Assembly (NCBI GenBank): GCA_964016885.1
Contig: OZ024741.1
Span: forward strand, 409,200,001 to 409,264,000
From: Eledone cirrhosa
Lineage: Eukaryota
Direction: 5' to 3'
Length of the DNA stretch: 64,000 bases
Below the pieces are notes generated by a model, which worked only from the letters and a program-made list of their open reading frames with translations, was not told the DNA's origin and did not search any database. Shown here in pieces: positions 41,791 to 55,199 of the stretch (within the stretch, counting starts at the first letter, position 1; each line of letters begins with the position of its first letter). The translations under genes were made by a program, and so were the position numbers.

Positions 41791-43779
41791 AAGACTGTAC
41801 CTATTTTAAAATGAAGACTGTGTACCTGTTTTAAAAGGGAGACTGTGTACGTATTTTAAAAGGGAGACTGTGTACCTATTTTAAAAAGAAGACTGTACCT
41901 ATTTTAAAAGGAAGACTGTGTACCTATTTTAAAAGGAAGACTTACCTATTTCAAAAGGAAGACTATGTACCTATTTTAAAAGGGAGACTGTGTACCTATT
42001 TTAAGAGGAAGAAGATACCTATTTTAAAAGGAAGACCGTGTACCTATTTTAAAAGGGAGACTGTACCTATTTTAAAAGGAAGACTGTACCTATTTTAAAA
42101 GGAAGACTGTACATATTTTAAAAGGAAGACTGTGTACCTATTTTAAAAGGGAGACTGTGTACCTATTTTAAAAGGAAGACTGTACCTATTTTAAAAGGAA
42201 GACTGTACCTATTTTAAAAAGAAGACTGTACCTATTTTAAAAGGAAGTCTGTACCTATTTTAAAAGGAAGATTTTGTACCTATTTTAAAAGAGAGACTGT
42301 ACCTATTTTAAAAGGAAGACTGTACTTATTTTAAAAGGAAGACTGTACCTATTTTAAAAGGGAGACTGTGTACCTATTTTAAAAGGAAGACTGTACCTAT
42401 TTTAAAAGGAAGACTGTACCTATTTCAAAAAGAAGACTGTACCTATTTTAAAAGGAAGACTGTACCTATTTTAAAAGGAAGATTGTGTACCTATTTTAAA
42501 AGAGAGACTGTACCTATCTTAAAAGGAAGACTGTACTTATTTTAAAAGGAAGACTGTACCTATTTTAAAAGGGAGACTGTGTACCTATTTTAAAAGGGAG
42601 ACTGTACCTATTTTAAAAGGAAGACTGTGTACCTGTTTTAAAAGGGAGACTGTACCTATTTTAAAAGGGAGACTCTACCTATTTTAAAAGGAAGACTGTA
42701 CCTATTTTAAAAGGAAGACTGTACCTATTTTAAAAGGAAGACTGTACCTATTTTAAAAGGGAGACTGTGTACCTATTTTAAAAGGGAGACTGTACCTATT
42801 TTAAAAGGAAGACTGTGTACGTATTTTAAAAGGGAGATGTACCTATTTTAAAAAGAAGACTGTACCTATTTTAAAAGGAAGACTCTACATATTTTAAAAG
42901 GAAGACTGTGTACCTATTTTAAAAGGGAGACTGCACCTATTTTAAAAGGGAGACTGTACCTATTTTAAAAGGAAGACTGTACCTATTTTAAAAGGAAGAC
43001 TGTACCTATTTTAAAAGGAAGAATGTGTACTTATTTTAAAAGGAAGACTGTGTACCTATTTTAAAAGGGAGACTATGTACCTATTTTAAGAGGAAGCAGA
43101 TACCTATTTTAAAAGGAAGACTGTGTACCTATTTTAAAAGGGAGACTGTACCTATTTTAAAAGGAAGACTGTATCTATTTTAAAAGGAATACTGTACCTA
43201 TTTTAAAAGGAAGACTGTGTACCTATATTAAAAGGGAGACTGTGTGCGTATTTTAAAAGGAAGACTGTGTACCTATTTTAAAAGGGAGACTTACCTATTT
43301 TAAAAGGAAGACTGTACCTATTTTAAAAGGAAGACTGTACCTATTTTAAAAGGAAGACTGTGTACCTATTTTAAAAGGGAGACTGTACCTATTTTAAAAG
43401 GAAGACTGTACCTATTTTAAAAGGAAGACTCTACCTATTTTAAAAGGAAGACTGTACCTATTTTAAAATGAAGTCTGTGTACCTGTTTTAAAAGGGAGAC
43501 TGTGTACCTATTTTAAAAGGGAGACTGTGTACCTATTTTAAAAGGAAGACTGTACCTATTTTAAAATGAAGACTGTGTACCTGTTTTAAAAGGGAGACTG
43601 TGTACCTATTTTAAAAGGGAGACTGTGTACCTATTTTAAAAGGAAGACTTACCTATTTTAAAAGGAAGACTGTGTACCTATTTTAAAAGGGAGACTGTAG
43701 CTATTTTAAAAGGAAGACTGTGTACGTATTTTAAAAGGGAGACTGTGTACCTATTTTAAAAAGAAGACTGTACCTATTT

Positions 43780-46700
43780 TAAAAGGAAGACTCTACCTAT
43801 TTTAAAAGGAAGACTGTGTACCTATTTTAAAAGGGAGACTGCACCTATTTTAAAAGGGAGATTGTACCTATTTTAAAAGGAAGACTGTACCTATTTTAGA
43901 AGGAAGACTGTACCTATTTTAAAAGGAAGACTGTGTACCTATTTTAAAAGGAAGACTTACCTATTTCAAAAGGAAGACTATGTACCTATTTTAAAAGGGA
44001 GACTGTGTACCTATTTTAAGAGGAAGACTCTACCTATTTTAAAAGGAAGACCGTGTACCTATTTTAAAAGGGAGACTGTACCTATTTTAAAAGGAAGACT
44101 GTACCTATTTTAAAAGGAAGACTGTACATATTTTAAAAGGAAGACTGTGTACCTATTTTAAAAGGGAGACTGTGTACCTATTTTAAAAGGAAGACTGTAC
44201 CTATTTTAAAAGGAAGACTGTACCTATTTTAAAAGGAAGACTGTACCTATTTTAAAAAGAAGACTGTACCTATTTTAAAAGGAAGACTGTACCTATTTTA
44301 AAAGGAAGATTGTGTACCTATTTTAAAAGAGAGACTGTACCTATTTTAAAAGGAAGACTGTACTTATTTTAAAAGGAAGACTGTACCTATTTTAAAAGGG
44401 AGACTGTGTACCTATTTTAAAAGGGAGACTGTACCTATTTTAAAAGGAAGACTGTGTACCTGTTTTATAAGGGAGACTGTACCTATTTTAAAAGGGAGAC
44501 TGTACCTATTTTAAAAGGGAGACTGTACCTATTTTAAAAGGAAGACTGTACCTATTTTAAAAGGAAGACTGTGTACCTATTTTAAAAGGAAGGCTGTGTA
44601 CCTATTTTAAAAGGGAGACTATGTACCTATTTTAAGAGGAAGCAGATACCTATTTTAAAAGGAAGACTGTGTACCTATTTTAAAAGGGAGAGTGTACCTA
44701 TTTTAAAAGGAAGACTGTATCTATTTTAAAAGGAAGACTGTACCTATTTTAAAAGGAAGACTGTGTACCTATATTAAAAGGGAGACTGTGTACGTATTTT
44801 AAAAGGAAGACTGTGTACCTATTTTAAAAGGGAGATTACCTATTTTAAAAGGAAGACTGTACCTATTTTAAAAGGAAGACTGTACCTATTTTGAAAGGAA
44901 GACTGTGTACCTATTTTAAAAGGGAGACTGTACCTATTTTAAAAGGAAGACTCTACCTATTTTAAAAGGAAGACTGTACCTATTTTAAAAGGAAGACTGT
45001 GTACCTATTTTAAAAGGAAGACTGTACCTATTTTAAAATGAAGACTGTGTACCTGTTTTAAAAGGGAGACTGTACCTATTTTAAAAGGGAGACTCTACCT
45101 ATTTTAAAAGGAAGACTGTACCTATTTTAAAAGGAAGACTGTACCTATTTTAAAAGGAAGACTGTACCTATTTTAAAAGGGAGACAGTGTACCTATTTTA
45201 AAAGGGAGACTGTACCTATTTTAAAAGGAAGACTGTGTACGTATTTTAAAAGGGAGATGTACCTATTTTAAAAAGAAGACTGTACCTATTTTAAAAGGAA
45301 GACTGTACCTATTTTAAAAGGAAGACTGTACCTATTTTAAAAGGAAGACTGTGTACCTATTTTAAAAGGAAGACTGTACCTATTTTAAAAGGAAGACTGT
45401 GTACCTATTTTAAAAGGAAGACTGTACCTATTTTAAAATGAAGACTGTGTACCTGTTTTAAAAGGGAGACTGTACCTATTTTAAAAGGGAGACTCTACCT
45501 ATTTTAAAAGGAAGACTGTACCTATTTTAAAAGGAAGACTGTACCTATTTTAAAAGGAAGACTGTACCTATTTTAAAAGGGAGACTGTGTACCTATTTTA
45601 AAAGGGAGACTGTACCTATTTTAAAAGGAAGACTGTGTACGTATTTTAAAAGGGAGATGTACCTATTTTAAAAAGAAGACTGTACCTATTTTAAAAGGAA
45701 GACTCTATATATTTTAAAAGGAAGACTGTGTACCTATTTTAAAAGGGAGACTGTACCTATTTTAAAAGGAAGACTCTACCTATTTTAAAAGGAAGACTGT
45801 ACCTATTTTAAAAGGAAGACTGTGTACCTATTTTAAAAGGAAGACTGTACCTATTTTAAAATGAAGACTGTGTACCTGTTTTAAAAGGGAGACTGTGTAC
45901 CTATTTTAAAAAGGAGACTGTGTACCTATTTTAAAAGGAAGACTGTACCTATTTTAAAATGAAGACTGTGTACCTGTTTTAAAAGGGAGACTGTGTACCT
46001 ATTTTAAAAGGGAGACTGTGTACCTATTTTAAAAGGAAAACTTACCTATTTTAAAAGGAAGACTGTGTACCTATTTTAAAAGGGAGACTGTACCTATTTT
46101 AAAAGGAAGACTGTGTACGTATTTTAAAAGGGAGACTGTGTACCTATTTTAAAAAGAAGACTGTACCTATTTTAAAAGGAAGACTCTACCTATTTTAAAA
46201 GGAAGACTGTGAACCTATTTTAAAAGGGAGACTGCACCTATTTTAAAAGGGAGATTGTACCTATTTTAAAAGGAAGACTGTACCTATTTTAGAAGGAAGA
46301 CTGTACCTATTTTAAAAGGAAGACTGTGTACCTATTTTAAAAGGAAGACTTACCTATTTCAAAAGGAAGACTATGTACCTATTTTAAAAGGGAGACTGTG
46401 TACCTATTTTAAGAGGAAGAAGATACCTATTTTAAAAGGAAGACCGTGTACCTATTTTAAAAGGGAGACTGTACCTATTTTAAAAGGAAGACTCTACCTA
46501 TTTTAAAAGGAAGACTGTGTACCTATTTTAAAAGGGAGACTGCACCTATTTTAAAAGGGAGATTGTACCTATTTTAAAAGGAAGACTGTACCTATTTTAG
46601 AAGGAAGACTGTACCTATTTTAAAAGGAAGACTGTGTACCTATTTTAAAAGGAAGACTTACCTATTTCAAAAGGAAGACTATGTACCTATTTTAAAAGGG

Positions 46701-49190
46701 AGACTGTGTACCTATTTTAAGAGGAAGACTCTACCTATTTTAAAAGGAAGACCGTGTACCTATTTTAAAAGGGAGACTGTACCTATTTTAAAAGGAAGAC
46801 TGTACCTATTTTAAAAGGAAGACTGTACATATTTTAAAAGGAAGACTGTGTACCTATTTTAAAAGGGAGACTGTGTACCTATTTTAAAAGGAAGACTGTA
46901 CCTATTTTAAAAGGAAGACTGTACCTATTTTAAAAGGAAGACTGTACCTATTTTAAAAAGAAGACTGTACCTATTTTAAAAGGAAGACTGTACCTATTTT
47001 AAAAGGAAGATTGTGTACCTATTTTAAAAGAGAGACTGTACCTATTTTAAAAGGAAGACTGTACTTATTTTAAAAGGAAGACTGTACCTATTTTAAAAGG
47101 GAGACTGTGTACCTATTTTAAAAGGGAGACTGTACCTATTTTAAAAGGAAGACTGTGTACCTGTTTTAAAAGGGAGACTGTACCTATTTTAAAAGGGAGA
47201 CTGTACCTATTTTAAAAGGGAGACTGTACCTATTTTAAAAGGAAGACTGTACCTATTTTAAAAGGAAGACTGTGTACCTATTTTAAAAGGAAGGCTGTGT
47301 ACCTATTTTAAAAGGGAGACTATGTACCTATTTTAAGAGGAAGCAGATACCTATTTTAAAAGGAAGACTGTGTACCTATTTTAAAAGGGAGACTGTACCT
47401 ATTTTAAAAGGAAGAATGTATCTATTTTAAAAGGAAGACTGTACCTATTTTAAAAGGAAGACTGTGTACCTATATTAAAAGGGAGACTGTGTACGTATTT
47501 TAAAAGGAAGACTGTGTACCTATTTTAAAAGGGAGACTTACCTATTTTAAAAGGAAGACTGTACCTATTTTAAAAGGAAGACTGTACCTATTTTGAAAGG
47601 AAGACTGTGTACCTATTTTAAAAGGGAGACTGTACCTATTTTAAAAGGAAGACTCTACCTATTTTAAAAGGAAGACTGTACCTATTTTAAAAGGAAGACT
47701 GTGTACCTATTTTAAAAGGAAGACTGTACCTATTTTAAAATGAAGACTGTGTACCTGTTTTAAAAGGGAGACTGTACCTATTTTAAAAGGGAGACTCTAC
47801 CTATTTTAAAAGGAAGACTGTACCTATTTTAAAAGGAAGACTGTACCTATTTTAAAAGGAAGACTGTACCTATTTTAAAAGGGAGACTGTGTACCTATTT
47901 TAAAAGGGAGACTGTACCTATTTTAAAAGGAAGACTGTGTACGTATTTTAAAAGGGAGATGTACCTATTTTAAAAAGAAGACTGTACCTATTTTAAAAGG
48001 AAGACTGTACCTATTTTAAAAGGAAGACTGTACCTATTTTAAAAGGAAGACTGTGTACCTATTTTAAAAGGAAGACTGTACCTATTTTAAAAGGAAGACT
48101 GTGTACCTATTTTAAAAGGAAGACTGTACCTATTTTAAAATGAAGACTGTGTACCTGTTTTAAAAGGGAGACTGTACCTATTTTAAAAGGGAGACTCTAC
48201 CTATTTTAAAAGGAAGACTGTACCTATTTTAAAAGGAAGACTGTACCTATTTTAAAAGGAAGACTGTACCTATTTTAAAAGGGAGACTGTGTACCTATTT
48301 TAAAAGGGAGACTGTACCTATTTTAAAAGGAAGACTGTGTACGTATTTTAAAAGGGAGATGTACCTATTTTAAAAAGAAGACTGTACCTATTTTAAAAGG
48401 AAGACTCTACATATTTTAAAAGGAAGACTGTGTACCTATTTTAAAAGGGAGACTGTACCTATTTTAAAAGGAAGACTCTACCTATTTTAAAAGGAAGACT
48501 GTACCTATTTTAAAAGGAAGACTGTGTACCTATTTTAAAAGGAAGACTGTACCTATTTTAAAATGAAGACTGTGTACCTGTTTTAAAAGGGAGACTGTGT
48601 ACCTATTTTAAAAAGGAGACTGTGTACCTATTTTAAAAGGAAGACTGTACCTATTTTAAAATGAAGACTGTGTACCTGTTTTAAAAGGGAGACTGTGTAC
48701 CTATTTTAAAAGGGAGACTGTGTACCTATTTTAAAAGGAAGACTTACCTATTTTAAAAGGAAGACTGTGTACCTATTTTAAAAGGGAGACTGTACCTATT
48801 TTAAAAGGAAGACTGTGTACGTATTTTAAAAGGGAGACTGTGTACCTATTTTAAAAAGAAGACTGTACCTATTTTAAAAGGAAGACTCTACCTATTTTAA
48901 AAGGAAGACTGTGAACCTATTTTAAAAGGGAGACTGCACCTATTTTAAAAGGGAGATTGTACCTATTTTAAAAGGAAGACTGTACCTATTTTAGAAGGAA
49001 GACTGTACCTATTTTAAAAGGAAGACTGTGTACCTATTTTAAAAGGAAGACTTACCTATTTCAAAAGGAAGACTATGTACCTATTTTAAAAGGGAGACTG
49101 TGTACCTATTTTAAGAGGAAGAAGATACCTATTTTAAAAGGAAGACCGTGTACCTATTTTAAAAGGGAGACTGTACCTATTTTAAAAGGA
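43780..49190 (+). repeat. Tandem duplication of ~2702 bp containing a nested 400-bp duplication
   Basis: AAGAGGAAGACTCTACC at 44022/46723 (offset 2701) and GTGAACC at 46211/48913 (offset 2702); a 1-bp deletion GGAGATTACC at ~44,835 explains the shift. Nested TGAAG markers at 45039/45439 and 47741/48141. Confidence 0.88.
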
Positions 49191-52100
49191 AGACTGTACC
49201 TATTTTAAAAGGAAGACTGTACATATTTTAAAAGGAAGACTGTGGACCTATTTTAAAAGGGAGACTGTGTACCTATTTTAAAAGGAAGACTGTACCTATT
49301 TTAAAAGGAAGACTGTACCTATTTTAAAAGGAAGACTGTACCTATTTTAAAAAGAAGACTGTACCTATTTTAAAAGGAAGACTGTACCTATTTTAAAAGG
49401 AAGATTGTGTACCTATTTTAAAAGAGAGACTGTACCTATTTTAAAAGGAAGACTGTACTTATTTTAAAAGGAAGACTGTACCTATTTTAAAAGGGAGACT
49501 GTGTACCTATTTTAAAAGGAAGACTGTACCTATTTTAAAAGGAAGACTGTACCTATTTCAAAAAGAAGACTGTACCTATTTTAAAAGGAAGACTGTACCT
49601 ATTTTAAAAGGAAGATTGTGTACCTATTTTAAAAGAGAGACTCTACCTATCTTAAAAGGAAGACTGTACTTATTTTAAAAGGAAGACTGTTCCTATTTTA
49701 AAAGGGAGACTGTGTTCCTATTTTAAAAGGGAGACTGTACCTATTTTAAAAGGAAGACTGTGTACCTGTTTTAAAAGGGAGAGTGTACCTATTTTAAAAG
49801 GGAGACTGTACCTATTTTAAAAGGAAGACTGTGTACCTATTTTAAAAGGAAGACTGTACCTATTTTAAAATGAAGACTGTGTACCTGTTTTAAAAGGGAG
49901 ACTGTGTACCTATTTTAAAAAGGAGACTGTGTACCTATTTTAAAAGGAAGACTGTACCTATTTTAAAATGAAGACTGTGTACCTGTTTTAAAAGGGAGAC
50001 TGTGTACCTATTTTAAAAGGGAGACTGTGTACCTATTTTAAAAGGAAGACTTACCTATTTTAAAAGGAAGACTGTGTACCTATTTTAAAAGGGAGACTGT
50101 ACCTATTTTAAAAGGAAGACTGTGTACGTATTTTAAAAGGGAGACTGTGTACCTATTTTAAAAAGAAGACTGTACCTATTTTAAAAGGAAGACTCTACCT
50201 ATTTTAAAAGGAAGACTGTGTACCTATTTTAAAAGGGAGACTGCACCTATTTTAAAAGGGAGATTGTACCTATTTTAAAAGGAAGACTGTACATATTTTA
50301 GAAGGAAGACTGTACCTATTTTAAAAGGAAGACTGTGTACCTATTTTAAAAGGAAGACTTACCTATTTCAAAAGGAAGACTATGTACCTATTTTAAAAGG
50401 GAGACTGTGTACCTATTTTAAGGGGAAGAAGATACCTATTTTAAAAGGAAGACCGTGTACCTATTTTAAAAGGGAGACTGTACCTATTTTAAAAGGAAGA
50501 CTGTACCTATTTTAAAAGGAAGACTGTACATATTTTAAAAGGAAGACTGTGTACCTATTTTAAAAGGGAGACTGTGTACCTATTTTAAAAGGAAGACTGT
50601 ACCTATTTTGAAAGGAAGACTGTGTACCTATTTTAAAAGGGAGACTGTACCTATTTTAAAAGGAAGACTCTACCTATTTTAAAAGGAAGACTGTACCTAT
50701 TTTAAAAGGAAGACTGTGTACCTATTTTAAAAGGAAGACTGTACCTATTTTAAAATGAAGACTGTGTACCTGTTTTAAAAGGGAGACTGTACCTATTTTA
50801 AAAGGGAGACTCTACCTATTTTAAAAGGAAGACTGTACCTATTTTAAAAGGAAGACTGTACCTATTTTAAAAGGAAGACTGTACCTATTTTAAAAGGGAG
50901 ACTGTGTACCTATTTTAAAAGGGAGACTGTACCTATTTTAAAAGGAAGACTGTGTACGTATTTTAAAAGGGAGATGTACCTATTTTAAAAAGAAGACTGT
51001 ACCTATTTTAAAAGGAAGACTCTACATATTTTAAAAGGAAGACTGTGTACCTATTTTAAAAGGGAGACTGTACCTATTTTAAAAGGAAGACTCTACCTAT
51101 TTTAAAAGGAAGACTGTACCTATTTTAAAAGGAAGACTGTGTACCTATTTTAAAAGGAAGACTGTACCTATTTTAAAATGAAGACTGTGTACCTGTTTTA
51201 AAAGGGAGACTGTGTACCTATTTTAAAAAGGAGACTGTGTACCTATTTTAAAAGGAAGACTGTACCTATTTTAAAATGAAGACTGTGTACCTGTTTTAAA
51301 AGGGAGACTGTGTACCTATTTTAAAAGGGAGACTGTGTACCTATTTTAAAAGGAAGACTTACCTATTTTAAAAGGAAGACTGTGTACCTATTTTAAAAGG
51401 GAGACTGTACCTATTTTAAAAGGAAGACTGTGTACGTATTTTAAAAGGGAGACTGTGTACCTATTTTAAAATGAAGACTGTACCTATTTTAAAAGGAAGA
51501 CTCTACCTATTTTAAAAGGAAGACTGTGTACCTATTTTAAAAGGGAGACTGCACCTATTTTAAAAGGGAGATTGTACCTATTTTAAAAGGAAGACTGTAC
51601 CTATTTTAGAAGGAAGACTGTACCTATTTTAAAAGGAAGACTGTGTACCTATTTTAAAAGGAAGACTTACCTATTTCAAAAGGAAGACTATGTACCTATT
51701 TTAAAAGGGAGACTGTGTACCTATTTTAAGAGGAAGAAGATACCTATTTTAAAAGGAAGACCGTGTACCTATTTTAAAAGGGAGACTGTACCTATTTTAA
51801 AAGGAAGACTGTACCTATTTTAAAAGGAAGACTGTACATATTTTAAAAGGAAGACTGTGTACCTATTTTAAAAGGGAGACTGTGTACCTATTTTAAAAGG
51901 AAGACTGTACCTATTTTAAAAGGAAGACTGTACCTATTTTAAAAGGAAGACTGTACCTATTTTAAAAAGAAGACTGTACCTATTTTAAAAGGAAGACTGT
52001 ACCTATTTTAAAAGGAAGATTGTGTACCTATTTTAAAAGAGAGACTGTACCTATTTTAAAAGGAAGACTGTACTTATTTTAAAAGGAAGACTGTACCTAT

Positions 52101-53364
52101 TTTAAAAGGGAGACTGTGTACCTATTTTAAAAGGAAGACTGTACCTATTTTAAAAGGAAGACTGTACCTATTTCAAAAAGAAGACTGTACCTATTTTAAA
52201 AGGAAGACTGTACCTATTTTAAAAGGAAGATTGTGTATCTATTTTAAAAGAGAGACTGTACCTATCTTAAAAGGAAGACTGTACTTATTTTAAAAGGAAG
52301 ACTGTACCTATTTTAAAAGGAAGACTGTGTACCTGTTTTAAAAGGGAGAGTGTACCTATTTTAAAAGGGAGACTCTACCTATTTTAAAAGGAAGACTGTA
52401 CCTATTTTAAAAGGAAGACTGTACCTATTTTAAAAGGAAGACTGTACCTATTTTAAAAGGGAGACTGTGTACCTATTTTAAAAGGGAGACTGTACCTATT
52501 TTAAAAGGAAGACTGTGTACGTATTTTAAAAGGGAGATGTACCTATTTTAAAAAGAAGACTGTACCTATTTTAAAAGGAAGACTCTACATATTTTAAAAG
52601 GAAGACTGTGTACCTATTTTAAAAGGGAGACTGCACCTATTTTAAAAGGGAGACTGTACCTATTTTAAAAGGAAGACTGTACCTATTTTAAAAGAAGACT
52701 GTACCTATTTTAAAAGGAAGACTGTGTACTTATTTTAAAAGGAAGACTGTGTACCTATTTTAAAAGGGAGACTATGTACCTATTTTAAGAGGAAGCAGAT
52801 ACCTATTTTAAAAGGAAGACTGTGTACCTATTTTAAAAGGGAGACTGTACCTATTTTAAAAGGAAGACTGTATCTATTTTAAAAGGAATACTGTACCTAT
52901 TTTAAAAGGAAGACTGTGTACCTATATTAAAAGGGAGACTGTGTACGTATTTTAAAAGGAAGACTGTGTACCTATTTTAAAATGGAGACTTACCTATTTT
53001 AAAAGGAAGACTGTACCTATTTTAAAAGGAAGACTGTACCTATTTTAAAAGGAAGACTGTGTACCTATTTTAAAAGGGAGACTGTACCTATTTTAAAAGG
53101 AAGACTCTACCTATTTTAAAAGGAAGACTGTACCTATTTTAAAAGGAAGACTGTGTACCTATTTTAAAAGGAAGACTGTACCTATTTTAAAATGAAGACT
53201 GTGTACCTGTTTTAAAAGGGAGACTGTGTACCTATTTTAAAAGGGAGACTGTGTACCTATTTTAAAAGGAAGACTGTACCTATTTTAAAATGAAGACTGT
53301 GTACCTGTTTTAAAAGGGAGACTGTGTACCTATTTTAAAAGGGAGACTGTGTACCTATTTTAAA

Positions 53365-54800
53365 AGGAAGACTTACCTATTTTAAAAGGAAGACTGTGTA
53401 CCTATTTTAAAAGGGAGACTGTACCTATTTTAAAAGGAAGACTGTGTACGTATTTTAAAAGGGAGACTGTGTACCTATTTTAAAAAGAAGACTGTACCTA
53501 TTTTAAAAGGAAGACTCTACCTATTTTAAAAGGAAGACTGTGTACCTATTTTAAAAGGGAGACTGCACCTATTTTAAAAGGGAGATTGTACCTATTTTAA
53601 AAGGAAGACTGTACGTATTTTAGAAGGAAGACTGTACCTATTTTCAAAGGAAGACTGTGTACCTATTTTAAAAGGAAGACTTACCTATTTCAAAAGGAAG
53701 ACTATGTACCTATTTTAAAAGGGAGACTGTGTACCTATTTTAAGAGGAAGACTCTACCTATTTTAAAAGGAAGACCGTGTACCTATTTTAAAAGGGAGAC
53801 TGTACCTATTTTAAAAGGAAGACTGTACCTATTTTAAAAGGAAGACTGTACATATTTTAAAAGGAAGACTGTGTACCTATTTTAAAAGGGAGACTGTGTA
53901 CCTATTTTAAAAGGAAGACTGTACCTATTTTAAAAGGAAGACTGTACCTATTTTAAAAGGAAGACTGTACCTATTTTAAAAAGAAGACTGTACCTATTTT
54001 AAAAGGAAGACTGTACCTATTTTAAAAGGAAGATTGTGTACCTATTTTAAAAGAGAGACTGTGTACCTATTTTAAAAGGAAGACTTACCTATTTTAAAAG
54101 GAAGACTGTGTACCTATTTTAAAAGGAAGACTGTACCTATTTTAAAAGGAAGACTGTGTACGTATTTTAAAAGTGAGACTGTGTACCTATTTTAAAAAGA
54201 AGACTGTACCTATTTTAAAAGGAAGACTCTACCTATTTTAAAAGGAAGACTGTGTACCTAGTTTAAAAGGGAGACTGCACCTATTTTAAAAGGGAGATTG
54301 TACCTATTTTAAAAGGAAGACTGTACCTATTTTAGAAGAAAGACTGTACCTATTTTAAAAGGAAGACTGTGTACCTATTTTAAAAGGAAGACTTACCTAT
54401 TTCAAAAGGAAGACTATGTACCTATTTTAAAAGGGAGACTGTGTACCTATTTTAAGAGGAAGACTCTACCTATTTTAAAAGGAAGACCGTGTACCTTTTT
54501 TAAAAGGGAGACTGTACCTATTTTAAAAGGAAGACTGTACCTATTTTAAAAGGAAGACTGTACATATTTTAAAAGGAAGACTGTGTACCTATTTTAAAAG
54601 TGAGACTGTGTACCTATTTTAAAAGGAAGACTGTACCTATTTTAAAAGGAAGACTGTACCTATTTTAAAAAGAAGACTGTACCTATTTTAAAAGGAAGAC
54701 TGTACCTATTTTAAAAGGAAGATTGTGTACCTATTTTAAAAGAGAGACTGTACCTATTTTAAAAGGAAGACTACTGATTTTAAAAGGAAGACTGTACCTA
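53365..54800 (+). repeat. Local tandem duplication of ~712 bp
   Basis: AAGAGGAAGACTCTACC at 53746/54458, with the same order of flanking variants (CTTACC, TACG, CTGCAC, GATTG, TTAGAA, TTCAAAA, CCGTG, TACAT). Confidence 0.8.
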
Positions 54801-55199
54801 TTTTAAAAGGGAGACTGTGTACCTATTTTAAAAGGGAGACTGTACCTATTTTAAAAGGGAGACTGTACCTATTTTAAAAGGGAGACTGTACCTATTTTAA
54901 AAGGAAGACTGTACCTATTTTAAAAGGAAGACTGTGTACCTATTTTAAAAGGAAGGCTGTGTACCTATTTTAAAAGGGAGACTATGTACCTATTTTAAGA
55001 GGAAGCAGATACCTATTTTAAAAGGAAGACTGTGTACCTATTTTAAAAGGGAGACTGTACCTATTTTAAAAGGAAGACTGTATCTATTTTAAAAGGAAGA
55101 CTGTACCTATTTTAAAAGGAAGACTGTGTACCTATATTAAAAGGGAGACTGTGTACACATTTTAAAAGGAAGACTGTGTACCTATTTTAAAAGGGAGAC

